Counted from the first letter of the stretch, positions 46,314-61,965 are shown. The stretch: DNA of 64,000 nucleotides from Octopus vulgaris (GCA_951406725.2 OX597824.1:80662001-80726000), one strand, 5' to 3'. Notes: a model not told the origin generated them from the sequence alone. Numbers and translations are program-made.

Positions 46314-46621
46314 CGTGCGTGCGTGCGTGTGTGTGTTCGTGTCTGTGTGAGCTATAATTGCCATTTTTTGTGTCTGACTTTAACCGTTTTCATTAATTAC
46401 TTTTCATACTTCCTTATTAGCTATTATATATCGTTTCGCTCAATTACGTTCCTAATTTTCTAGAACTCCAGGGTTCATTTTATAAATGAAACGGTAATTG
46501 TTACCCACATTTTGTAATAAGCATCAACTGGTCATGAAGTAAACACCATCGTCGGTTTTAATATTGTTTATCAGTTTATCCGTGATCACTTTTATATTCC
46601 CTTAAAATACTCTGATATTAA

Positions 46622-46900
46622 TCTATTATATAAAATCCGTTCTGTCTCTCTGTCTGTGTGTGTGTGTCTTCTAGGATCTCGGGCATCCTCCATCCGATTG
46701 CGCTCAAATTTGAGATGTAGGTACCGACGGTATCAGGGCATGTATAAGTCTTGAAAAAAATTACAGAAATCGATTCCAGGTGAGAATGCGATCGATAAAG
46801 CCGTGGGAACGTGCATTTGTACGCACAAGTACATCAGCTGTTGCGATCGATACTACGCGTACGCTAGAAAAATGCACGTGTAGTTTGCGCAAAAAAATCA
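46622..46900 (+). mobile_element. Probable non-autonomous Helitron 5' end
   Basis: A|TC start (tctattatataaaatccg), then a tctgtc/tg microsatellite and ccgatt...aaattt, the layout of invertebrate non-autonomous Helitrons; 3' end not located. Confidence 0.5.
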
Positions 46901-47700
46901 TCATGCTTTTCCATCTAGATTTACCTCCAGCTAACCCATTTCCATGAATCGTTTCTGTCCTGCTTTTCTTCTGTCAACCTGTACATAACTGCACCTTCCA
47001 TTTTTTGTTGTTGTACTGCTTAAAGGCGCGTTTCTTTCCTGCCAAGCTTACTGTTTAAACCATGTTTGTGTTCTCCCACAATGCCGTTAAGCATTTCGCT
47101 CGGCGCGCTAACGTTTCTGCCAGTTTTTTGCAAAGTTCTCTAAGTTTATTTACTCACATTTAGGTTATTTTACATTCAATAATCGCTTACTTAACTGCTT
47201 AACTGCCTTACATTTTTAGCTCTTCAATCATACGCTGTTAACTTCCGCCTTTTGTAATGATGCAATCTTTATTTAATTGCACATAGTTTATTATGTATTT
47301 GAGAGTCTATAAGTAATTGTTAAACAGGGTATCATGGCGTAATTAGTTATCTCTCTCTTTGTACATAGCTGATAACATTTGTTAATTTATGTTGATCTTT
47401 AGGAGAATATCTCATAAACATATGCCTAGAATTTAAGGAAGTTACGTTTGCCCGTTGCAAGTATTTTAGCAAGCTGTTTATATACATGTACCGTCTGTTC
47501 TGAAAGGAATTTCTGAAGCAGAGGCCAGATGTGTTAGCACCGAAGAGATACGATGGCAGGAAGTAGTAATATCTACGGTATTATCATTGTTATAGTCATG
47601 TTCACCAGTAACAATACTATTACTATCGCAGTTAATAGTATCATTATTACTCTTATTAACCTTGCTACAATCATTTGTCATTTGTACTCTACCGTTTGTA

Positions 47701-48150
47701 GGCGCAGGAGTGGCTGTGTGGTATGTAGCTTGCTTACCAGCCACACGGTTCCGGGTTCAGTCCCACTGCGTGGCACCTTGGGCAAGTATCTTCTACTATA
47801 GCCTCGGTGCGACCAAAGCCTTGTGAGTGGATTTGGTCGGAAACTGAAAGAGCCCGTCGTATATATGTATATATATATGTATGTGTGTATGTGTGTGTGT
47901 GCGTGTGTGTGTATGTATATATGTGCGTCTGTATATAATTTTTCTGTCTGTGTTTGTCCCCTCCAACATCGCTTGACAACCGACGCTGGTGTGTTTACGT
48001 CCCCGTAACTTAGCGGTTCGTCAGAAGAGACCGATAGAATAAGTACTAGGCTTACAAAGAATAAGTCCTGTGGTCTATTTGCTCTACTAAAAGGCGGTGC
48101 TCCAGCATAGCCACAGTCAAATGACTGAAGCAAGTAAAAGAGTAAAAGAG
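47701..48150 (+). mobile_element. SINE A, full length
   Basis: Complete head through gtaaaagagtaaaagag tail. Confidence 0.9.
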
Positions 48151-48339
48151 TTCATCTTTGCTTGTTTCCTGCTTGGTGGTTTACCTTGCCAATGAGTTCT
48201 TTATTTTATTAGGGGATTATCAGAAAACTAATTTCTTGTCCTAACAATATCCATTTCTGGTTACAACAGAATTCGTCCTTATAAATAAATCTATCTAACG
48301 AAAAAGTAACATATTTAATTTATAGGGCTTATCTATAAT

Positions 48340-48546
48340 GTTGGTTTGAAATTTTGCAACAAACAGTATGTTCGGTGGAGATCGATTACATTGATTCCAG
48401 TGCTCAATTGGTACTTATTTTATCGACCCTGAAAAGATGAAAGGCAAAGACAACCTCGGCGGAATTTGAGCTCAGAACGTAGTGACAGAAGAATTACTGC
48501 TAAGCATTTTGCTTGGCGCATTGACGATTCTGCTAGCTCGCTGCCT
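48340..48546 (-). mobile_element. Monomeric SINE C
   Basis: Core and head match the family. Confidence 0.75.
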
Positions 48547-48591
48547 TGCGTCCGGCAGACAGGAGAAATTATCATTATTATAATTATTGTT

Positions 48592-48985
48592 ATTCTGAGA
48601 GACTCTCGGATGATTCTTCATTTCTTGTTGTTCTTTACCTGAAAGCAGGCAATAACAAATCATCAAAGGTTTCAAGTAGTGCCTTCTCCTATGACTCAAA
48701 GGGACAATACTCTCCTCAGAATGCGAGCTGTACCCAACAACGCTGTCTTCTGGATCACTTTGAGCCTGAAAGCAGCTCCAATATTCTCAATATGTTTTTC
48801 AAAGCCCTTGGAAATTACTCCAAATATGCCAGTTGCTACCAGGATCACCAATATTTACCTCATGCCCCATAACTTTCTTATCTCGTTCCACAGTGGCTGG
48901 TATTTCTCAATCTTTTCTGTTTCCTTACATTTCACTCTCGAATCACCTGGTATTGCAGCATCTATTATCTCTGCTTCTTTTCCAT
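48592..48985 (-). mobile_element. Dong/R4-clade 3' fragment, copy 5
   Basis: Minus-strand translation IIDAAIPGDSRVKCKETEKIEKYQPL...IQKTALLGTARILRRVLSL* matches the copy 1 C-terminus IQKIALLGTAHILRRTLSIQ*; 3' end abuts a degenerate (AAT)n. Confidence 0.85.
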
Positions 48986-49030
<45 letters not shown>

Positions 49031-49036
49031 TTATTT

Positions 49037-49105
<69 letters not shown>

Positions 49106-49129
49106 GTACTTCTCTTGCTGCTGCTGCTG

Positions 49130-49193
<64 letters not shown>

Positions 49194-49355
49194 CGCTACT
49201 ACTTTCTCGTTTTCTACATTTTCTGTTCTTTCTCTTCACTACAAAGAACGAAATGAAGAGAGATGGTTGGGATGGTCCTTTTGCATTTCGAGTTCAAATG
49301 ACGCCTGGGCGAAGATGTCACGAAGCAACAGGAACCACTCCGACCAACTAATAGT

Positions 49356-49545
49356 TGGACTGCCTGGACAGCCTGCAGAGTATTGGACAGCGTGGGCAGC
49401 GTAGACAGCGTGGACAGCATGGGCAGACTGGAGAATGTGGGCAGCCTCGACAATCTTGGACATCGTGGACAGTGTAGACAGCATGAAAATGGACAGTCTA
49501 CACAGCGTGGACAGCGTCTACAGTCTGGACAGCGTGGACAGCCAC
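49356..49545. repeat. Degenerate 9-bp minisatellite (ggacagcgt)n, about 20 units
   Basis: Read directly. Confidence 0.85.
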
Positions 49546-49556
49546 AAATACATTCA

Positions 49557-49603
<47 letters not shown>

Positions 49604-49772
49604 TTGAAGTAGACAAATGAATTATCTTATTACGGATAATTCGAAAGATAACCGATACCTGGGTAGCAAAATTCACAACAGAAAAGGCACGGTTGAAGTT
49701 ACGACCATGGGGCATAAAATCCGTGCCTTAGTGCGGAAATTTGAAGTTTTAATATATAATACTTCCTATACT

Positions 49773-49811
<39 letters not shown>

Positions 49812-49842
49812 CATACATTCTTATACATATATACACATACAT

Positions 49843-49952
<110 letters not shown>

Positions 49953-50353
49953 GTATGTATGTATATAGAATAAAATACCTGATCGATGGAATTTGCCGAA
50001 CGCTTGTTGAGCTGACTGCAACAATCAAAACCAAACCAGGAGAAAAGCAAGTTGAGGAATTTAAGTAACATTGGATCGAGAAATACTGAAAACGATGGAA
50101 CCGATATTTTGGTATATAGGATTTTCCAACGGAGACCAATTTTAATTTTCACGGATTCTATTTTTTCAATATTACTGAAACCAGTTTTGTTTCTTGCCTA
50201 TGTTTTCAAAAAAGATGATTTTCATGCCGTAGGTATAAGTATTGAGTGTTTTTCATCTGACGTTTGAATGTGTTTCTATATTCATAACAGACAAACGCGA
50301 AAAATTTTGTTTGTCTCTCTCTTTCTCTCCCTCTCCCTCTCCCTCCCCTCTCT

Positions 50354-50428
<75 letters not shown>

Positions 50429-50578
50429 TTCTTCTTTCCATTGGTGTATATATATATACACGTAAAAAATATATATATAGTATACACACACACACATATA
50501 TACATATGTATATATATAGACATTCACGCAAACATAAAATCGTTAATGTGCGTTTTATAACTTATGTGTGTGCATATA

Positions 50579-50647
<69 letters not shown>

Positions 50648-51050
50648 TTGTGTGTGTGTGCATGAATATGTATATATAATTATATATAATATATATAGAT
50701 ATATATATAATTATAATACTGATAAGATTTTGTGATACATCTCCAGAGAATGAGATTTATACGTATCTTGTGTGTATGTATATATGTGCATGTGTGTGTG
50801 TCCATATATGTGTATGTGTATTCATGTGTATATGTGTGCATGCATGTGTGTTTGTGTGCGTGTGTATGTATGAATGCATATGAGTGCTTGAGGGAAGAAT
50901 TCATCGTACTGAAAATAATTCATATATACAACGGCATACAAGGATGTATACACGCGCTGGCGCACACACACACACACACACAAATATATATATATGCATG
51001 CATATATATATATATATATATATACACTTATACGTACATTCACACTCACA

Positions 51051-51099
<49 letters not shown>

Positions 51100-51374
51100 A
51101 CATAATTATACACCTTTATATTTTCGTGCATCTTCCTGACTGGAAATTCTCTTCACTAATCTCAATATATAAATCTTTTTTTATGTATATTTTATTCATT
51201 TATTTGTTTTTTGCTTTCTATTTTCATTCTTTTCTTTGTTTATTCTAGAAAAGTTACATAAAAAGCCCTTTGTCTGAATATATAACAGGGATTAATTCAT
51301 TTAGGCGAAAGAAACTCCCTTTTCAAGGAGCTCCCTCATCCCTCCCCTCTTTTTCCCCATCCTCCGTTGTCATT

Positions 51375-51617
51375 TTGTTGTTGTTGTTGTTGTTGTTGTT
51401 CTTCTTCATCTGCTTCTTCTTCATCGTCTTCTTCTTCTTCTTCTTCTTCTTCTTCTTCTTCTTCTTCTTCTCCTTCTTCTTCTTCTTCTTCTTCTTCTTC
51501 TTCTTCTTCTTCTTCTTCTTCGTCTTCTTCTTCTTCTTTTTCTTCTTCTTCTTCTTCTTCTTCTTCTTCTTCTTCTTCTTCTTCATCGTCATCATCATCA
51601 CCCTCCTCTTCTTTTTG

Positions 51618-51664
<47 letters not shown>

Positions 51665-52033
51665 ACACTACTACTAACGCTACTACTAACACTACTTTTT
51701 CTTCTGTTTCTTCTTTCTCGTCTTCTTCTCACTAAAGCAGATGGGCACCGTTAATTGCTATTTTATGAAAGAAGTATAAAGAAAAACACACACAAAATAG
51801 GATGGGTTTGGAAACCGCCACCACACCGACACCACCACCACAACCACAACCATAATCATAATCATCATCATCGTCATCATCATCATCATCGCCCTCGTCG
51901 TCGTCACTAACACAAAATTCAACATATAAAGAAATAAAAAATGAAAATACAAAGGATGCGAAGAAGAAGAAGAAGAAGAAGAAGAAGAAGAAGAAGAAGA
52001 AGAAGAAGAAGAAGAAGAAGAAGAAGAAGAAGA
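51375..52033. repeat. (TTG)/(TTC)/(CTA) and (AAG)n arrays
   Basis: Read directly. Confidence 0.93.
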
Positions 52034-52696
52034 ATAGTATGTTGTTTGGAAGGAAGAAGTGTGGAAAAAAGGGTAGACGGAAGTGGGGTGTCGGTTAGGA
52101 TGGGATAGGATGGGTTGCAATGGGAAGTAGGTAGGGAAACCTCAAAAGAAGGGTCCCCATCAAACAGACATGTTTTCACAAACTATCAGCTTTGGACACA
52201 CTCGAAATAGCACAGTATAAACAGTGTTACCATATGCTTTTAGATATTTACATTAGACACACTGATGCGCATGCGCATATATACGTATACACAGATATAT
52301 ACACATATACACAATCACAAAAGGCAAGCAAAAAGAATTAAAATATGCATTACATACTTTCACAGTCTTGCACGGGTATATGTTAGCGTCGAAGGTATAT
52401 CTTGTATATGTTAGCATGTATAATGGCAATGCTTGTCTGCGTACACATGCGCACAATGGCATATACACAAAAATAAAGCATTTTATATATGTGTATAAAT
52501 GTTATTATTTTTGCGTGAGTGTGTGTGTGTATATCTGTATGTGTGTGTGAGAGAGAGAAAGAGAGAGAGAGAATTAGAGAGTATGTATGTGTGTATATAT
52601 ATATATATAAGTGTAACCTTGAACTTTATCAACAGATTTTTCAACATAATGCCTCTTGGCGGCTCATTTTGTCTAGTCTGGAAAGAAATAATCTAA

Positions 52697-52782
<86 letters not shown>

Positions 52783-52975
52783 TAATAATCTTTTCTAATA
52801 TAGGCACAAGGCCTGTAATTTTAGGGGAGGGAACCAGTCGATTACATTGACCCCCCAGTGTATCACTACTACTTAACTTATCAACTCAGACGGCATTTGA
52901 TTTCAGAACGTGAGGGCGGACGAAATACTGCTAAGCATTTTATCCAACATGCTAATTATGCCAGCTCGCCGCCTT
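52697..52975 (-). mobile_element. Monomeric SINE C (internally deleted) whose tail runs into a long (ATT)n tract
   Basis: Head at about 52930-52975; tail ccttgtgcctatattagaaaagattatt on the minus strand is continuous with the repeat. Confidence 0.75.
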
Positions 52976-53002
52976 AATAATAATAATAATAATAATAATA
53001 AT

Positions 53003-53067
<65 letters not shown>

Positions 53068-53130
53068 TAATAAAATAGTAGTTGTATTAGTAGTAGTAGT
53101 GTAGTAGTAGTAATAATAATAATAATAATA

Positions 53131-54935
<1,805 letters not shown>

Positions 54936-55363
54936 GAGGGGACAAACATGGACAGACAAGCGGATTAGTCTATCTTGAAATCCATTATTCAATGTTGTAA
55001 TTTAAGTATAAGAGAATAGAGAACAATATGAAATTTGGTTCTTTCTTTCTAGATTTTCTCACCATATGCTAAGTATAACATGATAAAGCACCCGTTGTGT
55101 AAATGTATTTACATTTCAACTAGTTAGATAATGAAATAAACACGAATTCATTATTCCAACTGTTGCTTGAATCATTGTATAACTGATACGAATCATGTCA
55201 GCTTAACCAGTAACTTCAGAACGTTAGAAATAAAGGGAGATAATTAATAACGTTGATGTTTGTTGATTTTCTTCTGTTGAAGATTTCTTATAGGAATCTT
55301 ATTTTACTGTTTCCTCTTTTCTGACTTCAAAGCTTTTCTCTCTCTTCACTCTTTTCACTCTAT

Positions 55364-55447
<84 letters not shown>

Positions 55448-55569
55448 TGTTGTTGTTGTTATTCACGTTGTACTTTGTTGATTCTTATCTTCTGGATTGT
55501 ATTTTCATTATGTGCTAATTTCCGTTAAGTTTCTTTTAATTACTATACATATGAAAGAACTCTGCACAC

Positions 55570-55628
<59 letters not shown>

Positions 55629-55861
55629 CCCAGAGACACAGTGGCGAAGCGTTCCTACATAAAAGCACGCATTTTCATTATTTTATCTTTAGTCGATTTT
55701 CAAGGTTTTTCATGCATACCTCCATATCCTAATATAATTAGTTTCTCTCTTCTCTCTCTTCACATCTTTCTCCCCTCCCTGTCTATCTGTCTGTTTCACT
55801 TTATCATAACAATTCCATATATGTAAGCCTGTATACACACTTCCATTATTTCGTTCAGTAA

Positions 55862-56630
55862 GGCGGCGAGCTGACAGAAACCGTCTGCCGCTACGTTCTG
55901 AGTTCAAATTCCGCCGAGGTCGACTTTGTCTTTCATCCATTTGGGGTCGATTAAATTAAGTACCAGTTACGCACTGGAGTGAATGTAATCGACTTAATCC
56001 GTTTGTCAGTCCTTGTTTGTCCTCTCTGTGTTTAGCCCTTTGTGGGTAGTAAAGAAATAGGTATTTCGTCTGCCGCTACGTTCTGAGTTCAAATTCCGCC
56101 GAGGTCGACTTTGCCTTTCATCCATTCGGGGTCGATTAAATAAGTACCAGTTACGCACTGGGGTAAATGTAATCGACTTAATCCGTTTGTCTGTCCTTGT
56201 TTGTTCCTCTCTGTGTTTAGCCCCTTGTGGGTAGCAAAGAAATAGGTATTTCGTCTGTCCTTACGTTCTGAGTTCTAATTCTGCCGAGGCCGACTTTGCC
56301 TTTCATCCATTTGGGGTCGATTAAACAAATACCAGTTACGCACTGGAGTGAATGTAATAGACTTAATCCGTTTGTCTGTCCTTGTTTGTCCCCACTGTGT
56401 TTAGCCCTTTGTGGGTAGTAAAGAAATAGGTATTTCGTCTGCCGTTACGTTCTGAGTTCAAATTCCGCCGAGGTCGACTTTGCCTTTCATCCTTTCGCGG
56501 GTTAATAAATTAAGTACCAGTTGCGTACTGGGGTCGATGTAATCGACTGGCCTCCTCCCACAAAATTTTGCCTTTCATCCTTTCAGGGTCGATAAAATAA
56601 GTATCATTGAAGCACTGTAGTCGATATAAT
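55862..56630 (+). mobile_element. SINE C multimer (about 4 units, period 184-185 bp)
   Basis: cgttctgagttc anchor at 55894, 56079, 56264 and 56448. Confidence 0.9.
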
Positions 56631-56914
56631 CACCCCCCCACACACACACACACTACAGGGCTGGAAGGAATTTTATTTCATTCACAGAATAAAATTGGCA
56701 AAATTGCGATTATTAAATGTTGCATATGACAAAATTGTATTACTTCGATTTTTCAAGTTTTGAGATCGAATTCTACTGTAGTGAGCTGTGGCTTTCTTCC
56801 ATCCCGTGGCCGATAAGAACAAATTGATACAAATTGATAAGAACAAATTGATACTCATGGAAATCTATAATTTCCATGAAACCCTCCTCTCAAATTTTCA
56901 GTCGCTGTATCTAA

Positions 56915-57370
56915 ATATTGGTTTCAAATTCTAATACAAGGCCATCAGATTTATGGGAGGGGCTAGTCAATTACAACGACCCCAGGGTTCAGCTGGTACT
57001 TGCTTTATCGACTACGAAAAAATGAACGGCAAAGTCGACCTCGGCGTAATTTGAACTGAGTACGTTTAAGATGGACGAAATGTTGATATATATTTTAGCT
57101 AGGGTACTAACGATTCCACCAGGTCAGAGCCTTTGCATTGTGCTTAAATTAAAAACAATTATAAGGGCGATGGAGTGGCAGAAACGTTAAAGCTTCGATA
57201 AAATTCCTAGCAGTATTGGTTCCAGCTCTTTACGTCCTGAGTTCGAATTGCACTGATGTCAACTTTTCCTGACATCTTTCTGATGCTGATAAAATAAAGT
57301 TCCAGGTCGATCTAATTGATTGACTTTGTCCGACCAAATTCCTGTCTTTGTAATTATATTAGAAACTATT
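56915..57370. mobile_element. Two old monomeric SINE C copies in divergent orientation
   Basis: Minus copy about 56915-57130 and plus copy about 57165-57370 share the degenerate core. Confidence 0.6.
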
Positions 57371-57372
57371 GC

Positions 57373-57800
57373 GGCGAGCTGGCAGAAACGTTAGCGCACC
57401 GGGCGAAATGCTTAGCAGTATTTCGTCTGCAGCTACGTTCTGAGCTCAAATTCCGCCGAGGTCGACTTTGCCTTTCATCATTTCGGGGTCGATAAATTAA
57501 GTACCAGTTACGCACTGGGGTCGATGTAATCGACTTAATCCGTCTGTCTGTCCTTGTTTGTCCCTTCTGTGTTTAGCCCTTTATGGGTAGTAAAGAAATT
57601 GGTATTTTGCCTGCCACTACGTTCTGAGTTCAAATTCCCCTGAGGTCGACTTTGCCTTTCATCCTTTTGTGGTCGATAAATTAAGGACCAGTTACGCAGT
57701 GGAGTCGATGTAATCGACTTAATCCGTTTGTCCCCTCTATGTTTAGCCCATTGTGGGCAATAAAGAAATAAGAAACGTTAGCACGCCGGGCGAAATGCTT
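57373..57800 (+). mobile_element. SINE C multimer (2 units plus the start of a third)
   Basis: Full head, unit, tail, headless unit, then agaaacgttagcacgccgggcgaaatgctt. Confidence 0.88.
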
Positions 57801-58250
57801 AAAAACACATACAAAAAAAATTAGTGCAATTACTAAAAAAAACAACACTCGCTATCATTACTACTATCACAGTCTTCAACTCTAGCAGCATCACCACAAT
57901 TGGGTCGTAGATGCCTTGAGCAGATTACGTTCCTGCAAACGTTTGATCAGATGAGAGCATGAATTTTCCACATGAAATATTAAGGGTTATATAATGGTTG
58001 TGGGCACCACAATTCTTTCTCTGACAAAAAAAAACAAAACAAAAAAAAACAAACAAAACAAACAAACTACAAATGAAAAGAAATATACGGTTTCAAAGTA
58101 TGGGGCTAAGCATCTTATGGTATTTTAATCACCTTCTTTTACGCTCTGGATCGAAATTCCGCTCAAGACGACATCATCATTTGCCATGCCATGATGAGAT
58201 AGAGGGATGGTTTTCTTTTATTCGCTCACACACGCACACTTTCTTCCACC

Positions 58251-58298
<48 letters not shown>

Positions 58299-58315
58299 GT
58301 ATATACATACATACA

Positions 58316-58436
<121 letters not shown>

Positions 58437-58469
58437 GTATATATAAACATACATATATATATATATTTG

Positions 58470-58512
<43 letters not shown>

Positions 58513-58523
<11 letters not shown>

Positions 58524-58930
58524 GCCTTCCTTTTGTCTCGTATTTGTCTCGGGGAGCAATGGAGTTGCGCATAAACTAATGCAGTCTGGGTTTTACATTT
58601 CATGTCCCCTCCAGTTTCCTCTCCAGTTTTGCGCAGGCCTGGGCGAGATGTAAGAAAATCCTGGGTAGCCCAATCGTCAGGATTCCTCTCTCGACCTTGC
58701 TGACATAGTCCAAAGGCGTGCAGAGCATTACGTTAGGCACCAGCTTGGTTGCAGGAGCTGCCGGAAGAGTGTCCAGTCGAACACTAAACCACCTGCAGGC
58801 CTCTATTCTTGATATCTTTGAAGGCTGTCTCCTTTCCGTAACCCTGGATAGGGTTCTATACCGGGTACTGTCAGCCGGAGCCAGCTGAGCCCGGGACTCG
58901 TGTATGGCAGGGTCGTCACTCCCGGAAGTA
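58513..58930. mobile_element. Possible RTE-type LINE 5' UTR remnant
   Basis: GC-rich island between (AT)n tracts; ggcaccagcttggttgcaggagctgccggaag resembles RTE 5' regions from memory only. Confidence 0.3.
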
Positions 58931-58996
58931 GTGAAGAAAATTGCTACACACTACACACATACATACATACATACATAGATACATACATACATACAA

Positions 58997-59038
<42 letters not shown>

Positions 59039-59425
59039 GTATGTAGGTATGTATGCATCTATCTATCTATTTATCTATCTATCTACTTATCTATCTACCA
59101 ATCTATATGTGTATGTATGTATAATTTGACAGAAATATTTTGCGTATATATATGTACAAACGCAAACACACATATATACACATGGCCGCTACACACAAAT
59201 ACACTCACACACACTCACAAAAGCATGGAAGCCCTCAGCCACACCCATACACATAACACGCACGTACACATATAATTTTTTGTAATCTCGAGTGTGCCAT
59301 GCAAGCAATAAAATAGATATTAAGATCCTTCCAAACAACAACAAAATCTGTGTCAACGAACGACTTTACATGAAGAATTTGTAACACACACGCACACATA
59401 CACACGTACATTCATATGAATATGC

Positions 59426-59506
<81 letters not shown>

Positions 59507-59598
59507 TATATATATGTATATATCCTACTTCTATCTATTTTCTATCTATAAGTATCATTTCCTCTCCTTTTCGCTTTCTCTCTCTTTCTTTCTCCTTG

Positions 59599-59660
<62 letters not shown>

Positions 59661-59676
59661 ATTCTATATAAATATA

Positions 59677-59731
<55 letters not shown>

Positions 59732-59754
59732 TATATGAATGTATATTTATATAC

Positions 59755-61040
59755 ATACTAGCAGAAAGACTGCCTTCCGGGCGGTTTGCTTGCTAGTATA
59801 TTTTCACATTCGATTCACAATTCTAGTAATTTTTATATTTTACGTCTAATTATTTCTTTTTATAATAGTGCTCACTTCCTTATTAAATATTGCTTTCATT
59901 ATTTCATCACAGTTATAATCTCTGTTTTTTGAACAAGTATTAAGGTAGTCCAACTACGGAGGGGGAGCAGTTTGTTAAGTATTACCTTCCCTTCAAAGCA
60001 AGATAGTGATTTCAATTCAGAAGACCATCTGTAAACTTTGCAGTGTGTGTGAGAGAGAGGACATTGAAAACAATGAATGAAATAAGCAATGAATGAATAA
60101 ATCGTATAAATTAAAGGGAATAACTACAAATGTATACGCTCCCGACTTTGATGCCTCATAACATCCAGGAAAATGGATACTTTTAACGAAATTTTCTACA
60201 AATACCGCTTATTTGTTGTAGCTTCGGAGTATATAGAGATTTATGGGATAGAATTTTTCTGAAGGGGTGGAGAAAGAAGTTTGGGAAAATTCAAGCGATC
60301 TGACATTTTTTTCCCTCATAGTTTCCGGAAAATGAGTATCTTTTAATAAAACTTTATACAAATACCTTTCAAACAGCATAGATTACGATTACAAAAATAT
60401 TTGCGGGGGAAGTTTTTCCGAGGGGGTGTGGAGAGGAGTTTCGGTAAAACGGATCAGGAAGATCAAATAAGTAAGAATTATTGTTTTGACGGAGATTTTC
60501 CCCATTTTTTAAAACCATAGCCTTCGAAATGCTATCGGGTTAGCGGGTGGGGTGAATCTTTGTATGAAAAAAGTGTTTTGAAATTTTTTTTTTCCACCTC
60601 GCTCCCTCATCATCCCACTCCGGACCTGTTTTGGAAATTTTTTTTGCACTTCAAAACCATGGGAGGAGCCTTTTCGCTAAAAGAAAATTGTTAATATTTT
60701 CAGAGGTAAAAGTGAGTGATTTGAAGACTTAGCTGTTTTTACTAGTACACCCAAAGACAACCCTCCCCGTTTCTTTATCACTCTCATATGTATCGATGTT
60801 TTTCAACATTTTCCTCTATAAATACATTTATATGCTATAAAAAAGGAAATTTGAGAAATTATAAATTTTTTGCAACGCCACGCCCTGACCCCTATTGTTT
60901 CTCTTTAGAAACTAAAATATTGGAGAGCCTGAAAAGGTCATTGCAGGCATTTATCCACAACAATTTTTTTAAAAATATGTTACGTAAACGATAATTCATT
61001 TTAACAACATACTTGTGTGTTAGGAAATTTTTTGCTTACA
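59755..61040 (-). mobile_element. Possible Helitron-like non-autonomous element
   Basis: GC-rich hairpin followed by CTAG at 59755-59799; an internal ~170-bp degenerate duplication (about 60150-60270 vs 60315-60440); distal boundary uncertain. Confidence 0.35.
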
Positions 61041-61101
61041 CGCACACAGGTTGTGTAGAAAACAAACAGATGTATTAGTATAACACTCGGGAACTGAAAA
61101 A

Positions 61102-61140
61102 GTCTTTTACGTTTCGAGCCTACGCTCTTCCACAGAGGGA
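61102..61140 (-). ncRNA. Second copy of the atypical minimal hammerhead-like motif
   Basis: Reverse complement: ccct-CTGTGGAA-gagc gtag gctc-GAAA-cg-TA-aaagac. Confidence 0.35.
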
Positions 61141-61718
61141 ACACAGAAATAAATATGGAGAGATTGATTCGTCCAACTAAAATTCTTCAACGTAGTGCCC
61201 CAACATGGCCGCAGTCTTATAAGTGAAACATGTAAAAAATAAAAAACAAGCAAAAACATAATGACTAAAAAATACTTTTGCGTATATAATCTCACAGCTT
61301 CCATTGTGCGCAAGCTCTCTTCTTCAGGTTATTGATGTTTATCCAAGAAAGGCGCCAGAAGTAAAACTTAGCGGTTTAGCAAAAGTGTTGTCACACATGA
61401 CGCTTCACTGCGAAAATGCTGAACAGAAAATTATAACAAATAGTTTGTGTGTGTGTATAATATATATATACACGCACATACACATATACATATATGCAGC
61501 AAAAATTTTAACACTTTTCCCTGACTTTTTCGTTTAACTATTGATGAATGTATGCACAAACATAAACACACAGAAATCGCTAAATATATCTCTAATGTAA
61601 TCTTTTCTCTTCGAACATAAACGATCTTTGTATTTTTTTTTTGTTTTCCGTCGCTGTTTCTTGTTTCAATATATGAATGAATCTTTGTGTTTGTATGCAT
61701 ATACATACATATATATTC

Positions 61719-61750
<32 letters not shown>

Positions 61751-61804
61751 CTAGGCACTTACACACACATGCATATGTGTCTATATGAGTGTGTATAATG
61801 CATA

Positions 61805-61850
<46 letters not shown>

Positions 61851-61918
61851 ATGTCTTCAGGATTATATGTTCGTGTCTGCTCGAGAGTATGTATACACAA
61901 ACATAAACACACACAAAA

Positions 61919-61965
<47 letters not shown>

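Noticed and set aside
48679-49404. 241-aa plus-strand ORF
   Set aside because: Antisense shadow of the Dong fragment joined to a (CTA)n tract.
55862-56630. SINE heads as tRNA genes, or the array as CRISPR
   Set aside because: Heads do not form complete cloverleafs and continue into shared bodies; units repeat in full.
56812-56854. Short tandem duplication gataagaacaaattgata
   Set aside because: Ordinary slippage duplication; a similar 30-bp case is at 21061-21112.
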